From IMG/VR virus record IMGVR_UViG_3300043436_004750: a DNA stretch of 44,880 nt. One strand, 5' to 3'. The DNA is from a virus (Duplodnaviria > Heunggongvirae > Uroviricota > Caudoviricetes). Shown here piece by piece: positions 1-10,103 of the stretch (its first letter is position 1; each line of letters begins with the position of its first letter). The position numbers and the translations under genes were made by a program. The notes below the pieces were generated by a model. It was not told where the DNA came from, ran no database searches, and saw only the letters and a program-made list of their open reading frames with translations.

Positions 1-255
1 GTACGGGTTGGACATAAGGATGAAATAACTGCCTCACAGGTTGCAGATTTTGTTAGAGCCATGCCAGGAGTAACCAGAGTTACAGCTGTAGATTCAAATG
101 AAGATATAAATATAGTTATACTGAAAGTAAAAATCCTTACAGCAAAACAAGCCCTTCAGGTATTTGAAAAATTAAAAAAAGATACATTTAGACTAGTACC
201 TAATATAAAAAAAGTAGACCTTTCAGTTAAATCTATAGAAAAAGTAAGTCGATGA
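1..255 (+). CDS. hypothetical protein, 5'-truncated by the window edge
   Basis: Frame 1 is open from base 1 to TGA at 253-255, which overlaps the next ATG (ATGA). Confidence 0.6.
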   Translation, partial: VRVGHKDEITASQVADFVRAMPGVTRVTAVDSNEDINIVILKVKILTAKQALQVFEKLKKDTFRLVPNIKKVDLSVKSIEKVSR

Positions 256-740
256 TATTCGGAAGTAGAAGAGATTTTAGTTTATTTGTAGGAATAAACA
301 GAGAGTTATTATCAGATGTAATAGAGCAAGAAATTCTCTATTATAAACTTTCTTTAGAGCAAACTGAAGTAAATATCTACGGAGAAGGAATGGAAAAAGT
401 TTACTGGGAACCGGTAAAGCTTAACTGTATAATAACAAGAGGAGATCAGACATTTAACGTAGATGATTTTGGACCAGACCTAACAAGAGAGGCTTCTTTT
501 GCATTTTTAAGAGAGGATTTAGTATTAGTAAATACTGTACCTGAGGTAGGTGATATTATAATGTGGCATGAGAATTACTACGAAGTAGATAGTACTACAG
601 AGAACCAGTTATTCGTAGGAAAAGACGATAATTACAACCTAACACAGTATGGTTCAAACTTCGGAGCATCTGTTTCTATTATATGTCAAACACATTTAAC
701 AAGAACAGATAGAGTAGGTATAACGAGAGTGAGAATATAA
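252..740 (+). CDS. neck/head-closure protein, T4 gp14-like
   Basis: 162 aa; EILYYK...NIYGE...EKVY pattern recalls gp14-type neck proteins; lies upstream of a gp15-like gene. Confidence 0.55.
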   Translation: MIFGSRRDFSLFVGINRELLSDVIEQEILYYKLSLEQTEVNIYGEGMEKVYWEPVKLNCIITRGDQTFNVDDFGPDLTREASFAFLREDLVLVNTVPEVGDIIMWHENYYEVDSTTENQLFVGKDDNYNLTQYGSNFGASVSIICQTHLTRTDRVGITRVRI

Positions 741-743
741 TAG

Positions 744-1967
744 ATGACAAAAATTAAAAAACCTATACCGAAATCTCAAGTTGAGATATCACAAGAGACT
801 ATTACACCGTATCTAAACAACGGTAAGGCTCCTGTACCTGCAAATAAAAGAAGGGAGAATCAAAGGTCTCTAAAGAATGATGAAGTAAAACAATTCCAGG
901 TAGGGTTAAGAGATGTTGATGCAGCTATTGTTTATTATTTTGATAATGTAATTAGACCTTCCGTGGTTCAAAACGGAGTAAAAGTAAATGTTCCAATCAT
1001 ATACGGATCACCAGAAAGATGGGCTTCAGTCCAGAAAGATGGATTCTACAGAGATAAGAACGGAAAAATACAAACTCCTCTTATAATGTTTAAGAGAGAT
1101 TCTGTAACAAAGGATAGAGGATTAGGAAATAAAATGGATGCAAATAATCCACTACACTTTGGGGTATTTGAAAAGAAATATTCAAAAAAAAATATTTACG
1201 ATAACTTCTCCTTACTAACAAATAGAATACCGGTAAGAGAATTTTACGGAGTTATTATACCAGACTATGTAAACCTTGTTTATTCTTGTACAATTTTTAC
1301 AGAGTATGTAGAACAGATGAATAAAATAGTTGAATCTATTAATTTTGCTTCAGATTCATATTGGGGAGATCCAGAAAGATTCAAATTTAGAGCATCAATT
1401 GACGATTACACAACTACTACAGAACTAGTACAAGGAGGAGATAGAACAGTAAAGACAACCTTTACAATTAAGATAGGAGGATACATTGTATCAGACGCAA
1501 TTAATACATCGGTTGCTAATCCAAATAAATTTTACTCAAAATCAGCTTTAAAATTTGGAATAGAAACAGCAGGGTCAATTGAGATATTAAATGCAAGAGC
1601 AAGAACATCAACAGCACAAGCTCCTTCTAGATTCTTTGATACAGCATTTACAGGAGCAACAGGAGGTACTGCAGGTACTGCAGGTATGACAGCAGAGCAA
1701 ATTACATACGTAGGATTAAGTAATAGTGCAATTGCAGACACAGTAATAGGTACAGTAGCGACATTCAATGTACATACAATTGCACCAGCACCTCCAGGAT
1801 TTACAGTAGGACAGGATGATTTCAAAGTGTTTATAAACGGACAGTTTATATCTACAAATTTAAGAACAGTAACACAATCAGGACCAAACATAACAGTCAC
1901 ATTCTCAGGATTAGAATACCCAGTAGGTAGTAATGATCAAGTAGTATTGGTAGGAAAATTTAATTAA
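744..1967 (+). CDS. tail completion/sheath terminator protein, T4 gp15-like, with C-terminal extension
   Basis: 407 aa; VNVPIIYGSPERW resembles the gp15 family VPxxYG motif; structural context. Confidence 0.55.
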   Translation: MTKIKKPIPKSQVEISQETITPYLNNGKAPVPANKRRENQRSLKNDEVKQFQVGLRDVDAAIVYYFDNVIRPSVVQNGVKVNVPIIYGSPERWASVQKDGFYRDKNGKIQTPLIMFKRDSVTKDRGLGNKMDANNPLHFGVFEKKYSKKNIYDNFSLLTNRIPVREFYGVIIPDYVNLVYSCTIFTEYVEQMNKIVESINFASDSYWGDPERFKFRASIDDYTTTTELVQGGDRTVKTTFTIKIGGYIVSDAINTSVANPNKFYSKSALKFGIETAGSIEILNARARTSTAQAPSRFFDTAFTGATGGTAGTAGMTAEQITYVGLSNSAIADTVIGTVATFNVHTIAPAPPGFTVGQDDFKVFINGQFISTNLRTVTQSGPNITVTFSGLEYPVGSNDQVVLVGKFN

Positions 1968-1972
1968 GGAAG

Positions 1973-2338
1973 ATGGCATTAATACAGTGGAAACAATTAG
2001 ATACAGATCTTACAAGTTCGTTATATAGCGGTTCACTTAATGTAACAGGTTCTATTGTGTTAAACGGTATTGACCTATCTATTAATCAAAGTATATTTAA
2101 ACAGACTGGATCATACTGGAATACAACTAGAAATATAGGAATAACAGGATCTTTACAACTAGCACTAGATGGAGGAGTTGGTAATTATTTTGCAGTTTCT
2201 GTAGCAGGACAAGAGAAGATAAAAGTAAATACAGAAGGAACATTACAATTAGTACCTCAAGATCAAACACCGACACCAGTAGCAGGGGGTATTTTCTATA
2301 GTTCAAGTGATGCTTTCTTTCTAGGGTTCAATAATTAA
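1973..2338 (+). CDS. putative virion structural protein
   Basis: 121 aa; rich in SGS/TGS motifs like the neighbouring fibre proteins. Confidence 0.6.
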   Translation: MALIQWKQLDTDLTSSLYSGSLNVTGSIVLNGIDLSINQSIFKQTGSYWNTTRNIGITGSLQLALDGGVGNYFAVSVAGQEKIKVNTEGTLQLVPQDQTPTPVAGGIFYSSSDAFFLGFNN

Positions 2339-2370
2339 ATATATTTATTAATAAGAGAAAACAGTAAAGC

Positions 2371-3366
2371 ATGTCAAATTGGAAAAAAGTAGTAGTATCC
2401 GGGAGTAACGTCTCTCAATTAAATAACGATACCGGGTATTTAACCACGGGTACGTTAATAACTCCCAACTCATTTAGTACAGCATCTATTGGCGGTACAG
2501 CTTTAATAGCAAATACAACAACATCGTCTTTAAATTTTGCTTCTTCATCAGGACAAGGTTTAACCATTTCAGGAGATGCCGGAACAGATACTTTAACATT
2601 TGGTTTAGCAGCTATTCCAAATAATAGTTTAGCAAATTCAGCAATTACAATTGCAGGTACTTCAACTTCATTAGGAGGTTCAATTACAGCAGCAACAATA
2701 CTATCAGGAACAGGAGTATTTTCAGGATCTGCACAAATTACTTACTCTGGAATTTCAGGCATACCGGCAGGTATAGTATCAGCCTCTGTATTATCATCTC
2801 CAGCACAAGGTGAAGCTAGGTTAACTATAAACGGTGTAGCCGGTTCTATAATTGATTTAGGATTACAAACAACAGATAATCCATCCTTCGCAGGTGTAAC
2901 AGCTGGTAATATAACAGTAGGTGTTACAACTGATAATACCATTACAACCACAACTGGAGACTTAACAATTAACTCAGCAGGCGGTACTGTAACAATAGAT
3001 GATAATTTAATTATATCAAATAATTTAACAGTAATAGGTACAGCATCTTTCCAACAAACTACAAACTTAGAAGTAGCAGATAGATTCGTATTATTAGCAT
3101 CTGGTTCTAATACAACAGGAGATGGTGGTATAGCAATACAACAAGGTACTCAGAATATAGGTGAATTATTTGGATGGGATTCAGGAGTATCTAGATGGGG
3201 TGTAACAGGATCTTTTACAGCTGACCAAACCAGCTATACACCAGATGCATTTATGGCAGCAGTAGTAACAGCAGCAGGAACAACACCAACACCAGCAACC
3301 AGATATAACGCAGTAGGTAATATTTACGTCTCAAGTGGTGATGAGAGTATTTGGATTTATTCATAA
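2371..3366 (+). CDS. putative tail fibre/virion appendage protein
   Basis: 331 aa; Gly/Ser/Thr-rich; N-terminus MSNWKKVVVSGS; ATATTTAT motif at 2341. Confidence 0.6.
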   Translation: MSNWKKVVVSGSNVSQLNNDTGYLTTGTLITPNSFSTASIGGTALIANTTTSSLNFASSSGQGLTISGDAGTDTLTFGLAAIPNNSLANSAITIAGTSTSLGGSITAATILSGTGVFSGSAQITYSGISGIPAGIVSASVLSSPAQGEARLTINGVAGSIIDLGLQTTDNPSFAGVTAGNITVGVTTDNTITTTTGDLTINSAGGTVTIDDNLIISNNLTVIGTASFQQTTNLEVADRFVLLASGSNTTGDGGIAIQQGTQNIGELFGWDSGVSRWGVTGSFTADQTSYTPDAFMAAVVTAAGTTPTPATRYNAVGNIYVSSGDESIWIYS

Positions 3367-3390
3367 TTGAAAAACATAAAAAAAGTTATA

Positions 3391-3573
3391 ATGGGATTAT
3401 TAGACAAAATAAATCTTTCGCCAAAACAGGAAGAGGTTAACAGTTTTACAGCAGAAGAGTATAAATTTCTACTCTTAAAATTAAGATCGGCAACATATAC
3501 AGGACATGAATTTGAAACGTTCTACAATGTGTGGGTTAAAATTACAAAAGAATTAGAAAAATTAGAGAAATAA
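3391..3573 (+). CDS. small hypothetical protein
   Basis: ATG at 3391 after an A-rich leader preferred over TTG at 3367; followed by a terminator. Confidence 0.6.
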   Translation: MGLLDKINLSPKQEEVNSFTAEEYKFLLLKLRSATYTGHEFETFYNVWVKITKELEKLEK

Positions 3574-3575
3574 AC

Positions 3576-3597
3576 AAGAGCCTTCGGGCTCTTTTTT
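3576..3597 (+). terminator. intrinsic terminator
   Basis: AAGAGCC-TTCG-GGCTCTT hairpin with UUCG loop followed by a T tract. Confidence 0.85.
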
Positions 3598-3647
3598 GTT
3601 AGTTGAATCTTTAAAAAAAATTCATAACTTTAAAACAAAAAGCATAT

Positions 3648-3872
3648 ATGAATTTATTTACATTAGAAAATCTATCATTAGAAGAAATAAGCCTTATAAG
3701 GCAATCACTTAACGTAATTGAAATAAAAGGTAGTTCAGCTATCTTTGTAGCTACTCTTCAAATAAAACTTGATCAAGAAATATCACAAATACATTCTATG
3801 ATTCAAGAAGAAGAAAAAAAGAAGCAAGCAGGTATTCGTAAAATAGAAAAAACCACTAAAGCAGAATCTTAA
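3648..3872 (+). CDS. small coiled-coil hypothetical protein
   Basis: 74 aa; host-type promoter motif at 3602-3632. Confidence 0.65.
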   Translation: MNLFTLENLSLEEISLIRQSLNVIEIKGSSAIFVATLQIKLDQEISQIHSMIQEEEKKKQAGIRKIEKTTKAES

Positions 3873-3949
3873 GATATTTATATTATATATTATAGACCTG
3901 AAAAGGAAGTGGGCAGGCAATCCTGTAACCAATCGTAATACTACTTAAT

Positions 3950-6778
3950 ATGCCCTCATGGAAAAAAGTGATCCTTAGTGGATCAGACGCTGCTTTAAAC
4001 TCTCTTACCGTTTCAAACGGAATAACAGGTTCTTTATTTGGAACTGCTTCATACGCTACTGTAGCTGCAAATGGAGGAGTAACACAACTACTAGCAGGAC
4101 CAAATATAACACTATCACCAACAAATGGATTAGGTCAAGTTACCATTAGTTCATTAAGTGGTAGTGGTGGTGGCGGTTTTAATACTGCAACTGGCTCATA
4201 TGGTAGCTTTTACGATACAACAACACAAACAAATCCTGTCGGTAATATACCTCGTTCAATGTCTCTTGACACAACAGATATTACAAACGGGGTATCTGTA
4301 TCAGGTTCAACAAATCCTTTTAACACCTACATTAAAACAGAAAATGCGGGTGTATACGATATTCAATTTTCTGCACAAGTAGAAAAAACAGATAGTGGAA
4401 CTGATGATATAGTAATTTGGTTAAGAAAAAATGGAATTGACTTAACTGATACAGCTACAAGAATGACACTAACCGGGAATGCTACTAAAGTAGTAGCAGC
4501 TTGGAACTGGTTTGTAAATTCAGCAGCCAACGACTACTATCAAATTATATGGCAATCAGCCGATACGGGCATGAGGTTATACGCTGAACCACAAGACGGA
4601 ACTCCAGGTATCCCTTCCGTAATAGTAACAGTTAATAGAGTAGACCAATTCTTATCAAATACGGGTTCATTCTCAGGTTCATTTACAGGACAATTTACAG
4701 GTTCATTATTTGGAACAGCATCATTTGCAACAAGTGCTTCATTTGCTTCAACTGCTTCATTCCTAAACAGTACAACAAATGCTTTCATTCAAAATGGAAA
4801 CAGTTTTGGTACTCAAGCATTATTAGGAACTAATGATAATCAAAATTTAGCTTTAGAGACAAGCGGTTCTATTAGAATGTTTATATCTTCTAGTGGAAAT
4901 ATAGGTATTAATAAAGTAAACCCAAATGCAACATTAGATGTAAGCGGTAGTGCAATTATATCAGGATCTTTTACTATAACACCAGGAACTGTTAGAGAAT
5001 TACAAGTAAGAACTACAGGTGTTGATATAGGTAATCTAATAACAGATACTCATACAGTAACAGGTTCTTTATCAACATCAGGATCATTAACTGTAAACGG
5101 TAATACAATCATAACCGGTTCAACAATACTAAACGGATTACAGACCTTTCAAGGAACAACAGCATCAGATACAGCCCCACTAGGAGCTGAGTTATTAACA
5201 ACAGGCACAGGTGATGCCTCTTGGACAGGAGTCAATTTTGCAACAGGATATACTCACGTTCCAGGTTCAATAACAACACTAACATCACCACTTGCAGGGA
5301 TTGTTAACACCTTCTATCAAATGGTTTATACCATCACAGGAAGAACAGCAGGCTCAATTACAATTGCATTTGGTGGACAGTCCATTGCAGGGGTTACTGC
5401 AACAGGAGCATTTGGTCCTAGAGCAACAACAACAGATACACTTATTATCACACCAACAACAGATTTTAATGGAACAATTGTATTAAGCATTAAAACTATT
5501 GGAACTTCAAGTGCTACTACTACACTAAGAGATAGTACAGGAGTTACTACTAATGAAATAAGGGTAAGTAATATTACTACAAATACTTTTATTGGATTAA
5601 ACGCAGGACGTAGAAATACAACAGGGATTGTTAATTCATTCTTTGGTCAAAATGCAGGATCCAGTAATACAACAGGAGTAAGTAACGCATTCTTTGGTCA
5701 AAGTGCAGGATCCAGTAATACAACAGGAGCAAGTAACGCATTCTTTGGAAGAGAAGCAGGATTCAGTAATACAACAGGAACTAATAACACATCAGTTGGG
5801 GCAGCTGCATTATTTACTAATACAACAGGAGCTAGTAACACAGCAATCGGTGTAAATGCATTATTAAGTAATACAACAGCAAATAACAATACAGCAATCG
5901 GAGTAAATGCATTATCTAGTAATACAACAGCAAATAACAATACAGCAATAGGATTAGATGCATTACGATTTACAACAACGGGAGCTAGTAACACAGCAAT
6001 TGGACTTAGTGCATTACGAGTTAACACAACAGGAGCTAATAACACATCAGTTGGGGCAGCTGCATTATTTACTAATACAACAGGAGCTAGTAACACAGCA
6101 ATCGGAGTAAATGCATTATTTAATTTAGCTACAGGAAGTAGTAACACAGCAATAGGGTTTGATGCAGCTCGTAGAATATCAAACGGAACTAATTTAACAA
6201 CATCCAATAATTCTGTATTTTTAGGTCAAGACACAAGAGCATTAGCAGATAACCAAACCAACCAAATAGTAATTGGACATACCGCAATTGGACTTGGTTC
6301 AAATACTGTTGTATTAGGAAATTCTTCAATAGTAACAACAGCTCTAAGAGGAAGTGTAGGTATAGGAACAACATCACCAAATGCAACATTAGATGTAAAC
6401 GGTAGTGCAATTATATCAGGAAGTCTTTCACAAGGAAACAGTAATGTAGCAACCGGTACTTTTTCACATGCTGAAGGCTGGGAAACAGTAGCATTAGGTA
6501 CCTATCAACATGTTCAAGGCCAGTTTAATATTTCATCATCAGCACAGTCAGCTTTTATTATAGGAAATGGAACATCAAGTGGATCAAGAAGTAATCTAGT
6601 ATTTGCTTCTGGTTCACAATTCCAAGTAACAGGATCTTTAATAGTAAGAGATATCTTACAATTAGCAGTCCGTACCACAACTCCAACCCCAATAGAAGGA
6701 ATGATAATAGCATCAGGTTCAGCAGGGTCTAGTGTATTATATTACTATAACGGAACATCTTGGAATGCATTATTCTAA
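3950..6778 (+). CDS. long tail fibre/adhesin with YadA-head-like 17-aa repeats
   Basis: 942 aa; N-terminus MPSWKKVILSGS; about 11 NTTGxxNxxxGxxAxxx repeats; GIGTTSP linker motifs. Confidence 0.75.
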   Translation: MPSWKKVILSGSDAALNSLTVSNGITGSLFGTASYATVAANGGVTQLLAGPNITLSPTNGLGQVTISSLSGSGGGGFNTATGSYGSFYDTTTQTNPVGNIPRSMSLDTTDITNGVSVSGSTNPFNTYIKTENAGVYDIQFSAQVEKTDSGTDDIVIWLRKNGIDLTDTATRMTLTGNATKVVAAWNWFVNSAANDYYQIIWQSADTGMRLYAEPQDGTPGIPSVIVTVNRVDQFLSNTGSFSGSFTGQFTGSLFGTASFATSASFASTASFLNSTTNAFIQNGNSFGTQALLGTNDNQNLALETSGSIRMFISSSGNIGINKVNPNATLDVSGSAIISGSFTITPGTVRELQVRTTGVDIGNLITDTHTVTGSLSTSGSLTVNGNTIITGSTILNGLQTFQGTTASDTAPLGAELLTTGTGDASWTGVNFATGYTHVPGSITTLTSPLAGIVNTFYQMVYTITGRTAGSITIAFGGQSIAGVTATGAFGPRATTTDTLIITPTTDFNGTIVLSIKTIGTSSATTTLRDSTGVTTNEIRVSNITTNTFIGLNAGRRNTTGIVNSFFGQNAGSSNTTGVSNAFFGQSAGSSNTTGASNAFFGREAGFSNTTGTNNTSVGAAALFTNTTGASNTAIGVNALLSNTTANNNTAIGVNALSSNTTANNNTAIGLDALRFTTTGASNTAIGLSALRVNTTGANNTSVGAAALFTNTTGASNTAIGVNALFNLATGSSNTAIGFDAARRISNGTNLTTSNNSVFLGQDTRALADNQTNQIVIGHTAIGLGSNTVVLGNSSIVTTALRGSVGIGTTSPNATLDVNGSAIISGSLSQGNSNVATGTFSHAEGWETVALGTYQHVQGQFNISSSAQSAFIIGNGTSSGSRSNLVFASGSQFQVTGSLIVRDILQLAVRTTTPTPIEGMIIASGSAGSSVLYYYNGTSWNALF
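4922..6420 (+). repeat. 44-nt direct repeat pair (4922-4965 and 6377-6420) inside the fibre gene
   Basis: CCAAATGCAACATTAGATGTAA(G/A)CGGTAGTGCAATTATATCAGG, one mismatch; encodes PNATLDV(S/N)GSAIISG. Confidence 0.9.
5615..6175 (+). repeat. tandem 51-nt (17-codon) coding repeats, about 11 units
   Basis: Units such as NTTGASNTAIGVNALLS; exact 70-nt duplicate at 5781-5850 and 6036-6105, 255 nt (5 units) apart. Confidence 0.9.
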
Positions 6779-6855
6779 TAAAACAGAATAAAAATATGTA
6801 TTACTTAAACCAGTAGATAGTAAAGATATATAAACAATAAATACCAAAAACAATT

Positions 6856-7242
6856 ATGATAACTTATAAATGGATATTTTATGCATTTGATTGCAGGGTA
6901 GAAGAAGACGGACTACAAAAAGTAGTAAAAACAGTACACTGGAGATATAGAGGTACTGATGAAGATGGAATAACAGCAGAGACATACGGAGCTCAAGCTG
7001 TAGGAGAACCAAACCCGGATGCCTTTACCCCTTATCCACAAATAAGCGAAGAGCAAGTAATAGGATGGATGGAAGAAACAATGGATATGGAGACAATGAA
7101 TGAAAATATTGCATCTCAAATAAACTTAATCAAAAACCCAGTAACAGAGACTTTATCTACACCTTGGAATACAGTTAATGAAATTGAAGTAACAGAACCA
7201 GTAGTAGAAGAAGGTGAAGAAGAATTGTATACTGAAAAATAA
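6856..7242 (+). CDS. tail-fibre-associated hypothetical protein
   Basis: 128 aa; VKTVHWRYRGTD pattern; acidic C-terminus; follows the fibre gene. Confidence 0.6.
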   Translation: MITYKWIFYAFDCRVEEDGLQKVVKTVHWRYRGTDEDGITAETYGAQAVGEPNPDAFTPYPQISEEQVIGWMEETMDMETMNENIASQINLIKNPVTETLSTPWNTVNEIEVTEPVVEEGEEELYTEK

Positions 7243-7279
7243 TTTCGTACATTATAAATAAATAATAAAAATAAGTTTC

Positions 7280-7552
7280 ATGGAAAACAAAAAATTAACA
7301 CAAGAGCAGTTAGAGCAAATAGCTGAGATTCAAAACAAGTACCAAGCATTGTCTCAAGAACTAGGAAATATTGAATTACAAAAAATTGCCTTAAAAGCAA
7401 GAAGACAAGCTGCAGAGGAGTTTCTTACAGAACTTCAAACACAAGAAAAACAAATAGCAACAGCCATTGAACAAGAGTACGGAAAAGGAAACATCAACTT
7501 GAAAACAGGAGAATTTACACCTGTACAGGAAGAGGAAATAACTGTAGAATAG
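7280..7552 (+). CDS. coiled-coil hypothetical protein
   Basis: 90 aa; Gln/Glu-rich heptads; promoter motif at 7224-7255. Confidence 0.65.
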   Translation: MENKKLTQEQLEQIAEIQNKYQALSQELGNIELQKIALKARRQAAEEFLTELQTQEKQIATAIEQEYGKGNINLKTGEFTPVQEEEITVE

Positions 7553-7574
7553 TATTGCTGTTTAGATTATATTA

Positions 7575-7598
7575 AAAGGAGGGTTTAGACTCTCCTTT
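7575..7598 (+). terminator. putative terminator hairpin
   Basis: AAAGGAGGGT-TTAG-ACTCTCCTTT; T tract is short. Confidence 0.5.
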
Positions 7599-7692
7599 CC
7601 TATTTATTTAAAAAAAGTAAACCCTACCTATAGGAAAGAGGTTTATGAGAATTCCTAGATATTTATAATAAATTAAAACAAATTAAATAAAC

Positions 7693-9486
7693 ATGGCAGA
7701 ATCAATTATTTCTCCAGGAGTGTTGACAAGAGAGAATGACATCTCTTTCATAACACCAGCACCAATACAAGCAGGGGCAGCATTCATTGGACCAACAGTT
7801 AAAGGGCCGGATAACCAGCCTACTATTGTTACTTCTTATAACGATTATGTAAGAAAGTTTGGTGAAACTTTTACTTCAGGATCTTCAAATTTTGAATTCT
7901 TAACATCACTTGCAGTAAAGAATTATTTCTCTCAAGGAGGAGGAACAGCTTTAATTACAAGAGTTGTATCAGGATCATATACAAGAGCTACAAGTACATG
8001 GGTTTCTGCATCTTTAGGTCCTAAATCAGGATCTGAGCCTTTCCAATTACAGACGTTAGGAAAAGGAGCAATGTACAACAATGCAGCAACAGTAACAAGT
8101 GCAATATCAGGAGGAGCTTCATATATAAACTCAGATGGATCTTTAGTATCTGGATCAGCTGATAACTTAAGATGGGAGATTCAAAATGTTAATAATGCTC
8201 AAGGAACATTCACATTACTTGTAAGACAGGGTAATGACAGCACAAACAACCCAATAATCCTTGAAACATTTAATAACTTATCATTAGATCCAAATTCACC
8301 AAACTATATTGAAGCAGTAATTGGTAATCAATTTACAACAGTAGGTACAGACGGTTTAACATCTTATATCTATAAAGAAGGAACTTATCCTAATAGATCT
8401 AATTATATTAGAGTAAGTGCAGTAGACCTAACAACTCCTAATTATCTATCAACCGACGGAATAACTATTAACTCAGGATCAGACGGAGTAAGTTATACAA
8501 AATATTTACCTGCATCAGGATCAGGATCATTCTACAATGCATCAGGATCGATTAAGTCAGGAGCTACATATTTTGCAAGTTTAGGAACTAGTACTGCAGA
8601 TGCTCAAGGATTAGTAGGAGATAATTATTCTCAAGCATTATCACTTTTAGCAAATCAAGACGAATATCAATTCAATATTATATCAACACCGGGATTAATT
8701 TATAAAGGAAGTCAAGCACAAGGTTCAAACTTTAATGCAAAACAGATAATTAACCAAGTAGTATCTTTAGCAGAATCAAGAGGAGATTGTATTGCAGTAG
8801 TAGACTTAGTACCAACTGGATCTTTCCTTTCACATGTAATAGAGGAGGCAGCAGCAATCAACAGTTCATATGCAGCAACTTACTGGCCTTGGGTTCAAGT
8901 ACAGTCAGCTACAGGTAAAAACCAATACGTACCAGCAGGGGTAACAATCCCAGGAGTATACGCATTTACAGATAATGCTTCAGCACCATGGTTTGCACCA
9001 GCAGGACTTGTAAGAGGAGGATTGGCAGGAGTTATCCAAACAGAAAGAAAATTAACAAAAGGAGATAGAGATACATTATACTTAGGAAAAGTAAATCCAA
9101 TTGCTACTTTCCCAGGAACAGGTATATCAGTATTCGGTCAGAAAACATTACAGACAAAAGCTTCAGCTTTAGATAGAGTAAACGTTAGAAGATTGTTAAT
9201 AGAACTTAAGAAGTTCATTGGTGACCAAGCAAGAAACTTAGTATTCGAACAAAATACTATTGCAACTAGAAATAGATTTTTAGCGACGGTGAATCCATAC
9301 CTAGAATCAGTAGTACAGAGACAAGGATTATTCGCCTACAGAGTAGTAATGGACGATACAAACAACACAGCAGATGTTGTTGATAGAAATCAATTAATAG
9401 GTCAGATCTTTATACAACCTACTAGAACAATTGAATTTGTTGTATTAGACTTTACAATTGAACCAACAGGAGCAACTTTTTCGTAA
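7693..9486 (+). CDS. gp18: tail sheath protein
   Basis: 597 aa; SPGV N-terminus, WFAPAGLVRG, GQKTLQ...ALDRVNVRRL and IFIQPTRTIEF sheath motifs. Confidence 0.95.
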   Translation: MAESIISPGVLTRENDISFITPAPIQAGAAFIGPTVKGPDNQPTIVTSYNDYVRKFGETFTSGSSNFEFLTSLAVKNYFSQGGGTALITRVVSGSYTRATSTWVSASLGPKSGSEPFQLQTLGKGAMYNNAATVTSAISGGASYINSDGSLVSGSADNLRWEIQNVNNAQGTFTLLVRQGNDSTNNPIILETFNNLSLDPNSPNYIEAVIGNQFTTVGTDGLTSYIYKEGTYPNRSNYIRVSAVDLTTPNYLSTDGITINSGSDGVSYTKYLPASGSGSFYNASGSIKSGATYFASLGTSTADAQGLVGDNYSQALSLLANQDEYQFNIISTPGLIYKGSQAQGSNFNAKQIINQVVSLAESRGDCIAVVDLVPTGSFLSHVIEEAAAINSSYAATYWPWVQVQSATGKNQYVPAGVTIPGVYAFTDNASAPWFAPAGLVRGGLAGVIQTERKLTKGDRDTLYLGKVNPIATFPGTGISVFGQKTLQTKASALDRVNVRRLLIELKKFIGDQARNLVFEQNTIATRNRFLATVNPYLESVVQRQGLFAYRVVMDDTNNTADVVDRNQLIGQIFIQPTRTIEFVVLDFTIEPTGATFS

Positions 9487-9489
9487 GAA

Positions 9490-9531
9490 TTGAATTATCA
9501 GAAATTACATAATCAGATAGACTTAAAATAA
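9490..9531 (+). pseudogene. relic N-terminus of an HNH homing endonuclease
   Basis: Translates LNYQKLHNQIDLK*, compared with MNYQKIYNQIID (22991) and MDYQRIYNQIVD (10142). Confidence 0.55.
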
Positions 9532-9540
9532 AAATAAGTA

Positions 9541-9548
9541 CTATTTAT
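9541..9548 (+). promoter_or_regulatory. putative phage late promoter (C/A)TATTTAT, representative copy
   Basis: Same motif precedes genes at 2341, 3874, 7659, 10108, 10919, 11958, 14586, 20180, 20653, 22879, 23670, 24430, 27240, 30435, 37840, 40443 and 43769. Confidence 0.7.
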
Positions 9549-9582
9549 AATAAAATAAAAATAACTAAAAAAATAAAAACAT

Positions 9583-10071
9583 ATGGCTGTTCTCGATCCT
9601 AATGAGATAATGTTCAGAGCCTTCGAACCAATGGTTCAGCACAGGTTCGTAATGTACATAGATAATATACCAGCATTCATGGTTAAAAACGTGAAAGCCC
9701 CTAACTTTACAGATAGTGAGATCAAACTTGATCACATTAATTCTTATAGAAAAATAAGAGGTAAGAGAAACTGGGAGAATATGGATATGACTCTATACTC
9801 ACCAATCACTCCTTCAGGAGCTCAAGCAGTAATGGAATGGGCTCGTCTAGGGTATGAATCAGTAACTGGTAGAGCTGGTTACTCAGATTTCTACAAAAAA
9901 GACTTAACTCTTAACATCTTAGGTCCTGTAGGGGATATCGTAGGAGAATGGATCATTAAAGGAGCTTTCTTGACAAAAGGTGACTTTGGTCAATTTGATT
10001 GGACATCAGCAGATGGAATTGTAGAGATAGGAATTACAGTGGCGATGGATTTTTGCATACTTAACTATTAA
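9583..10071 (+). CDS. gp19: tail tube protein
   Basis: 162 aa; directly after the sheath; WIIKGAF and gp19-like layout. Confidence 0.9.
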   Translation: MAVLDPNEIMFRAFEPMVQHRFVMYIDNIPAFMVKNVKAPNFTDSEIKLDHINSYRKIRGKRNWENMDMTLYSPITPSGAQAVMEWARLGYESVTGRAGYSDFYKKDLTLNILGPVGDIVGEWIIKGAFLTKGDFGQFDWTSADGIVEIGITVAMDFCILNY

Positions 10072-10103
10072 GCACAGTTTTAAATTACTGGTTTACATAA
10101 TTT

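Noticed and set aside
5615-6175. CRISPR array or diversity-generating retroelement repeats
   Set aside because: The repeats are in-frame 51-nt coding units without spacers; differences are not adenine-specific and there is no reverse transcriptase in the window.
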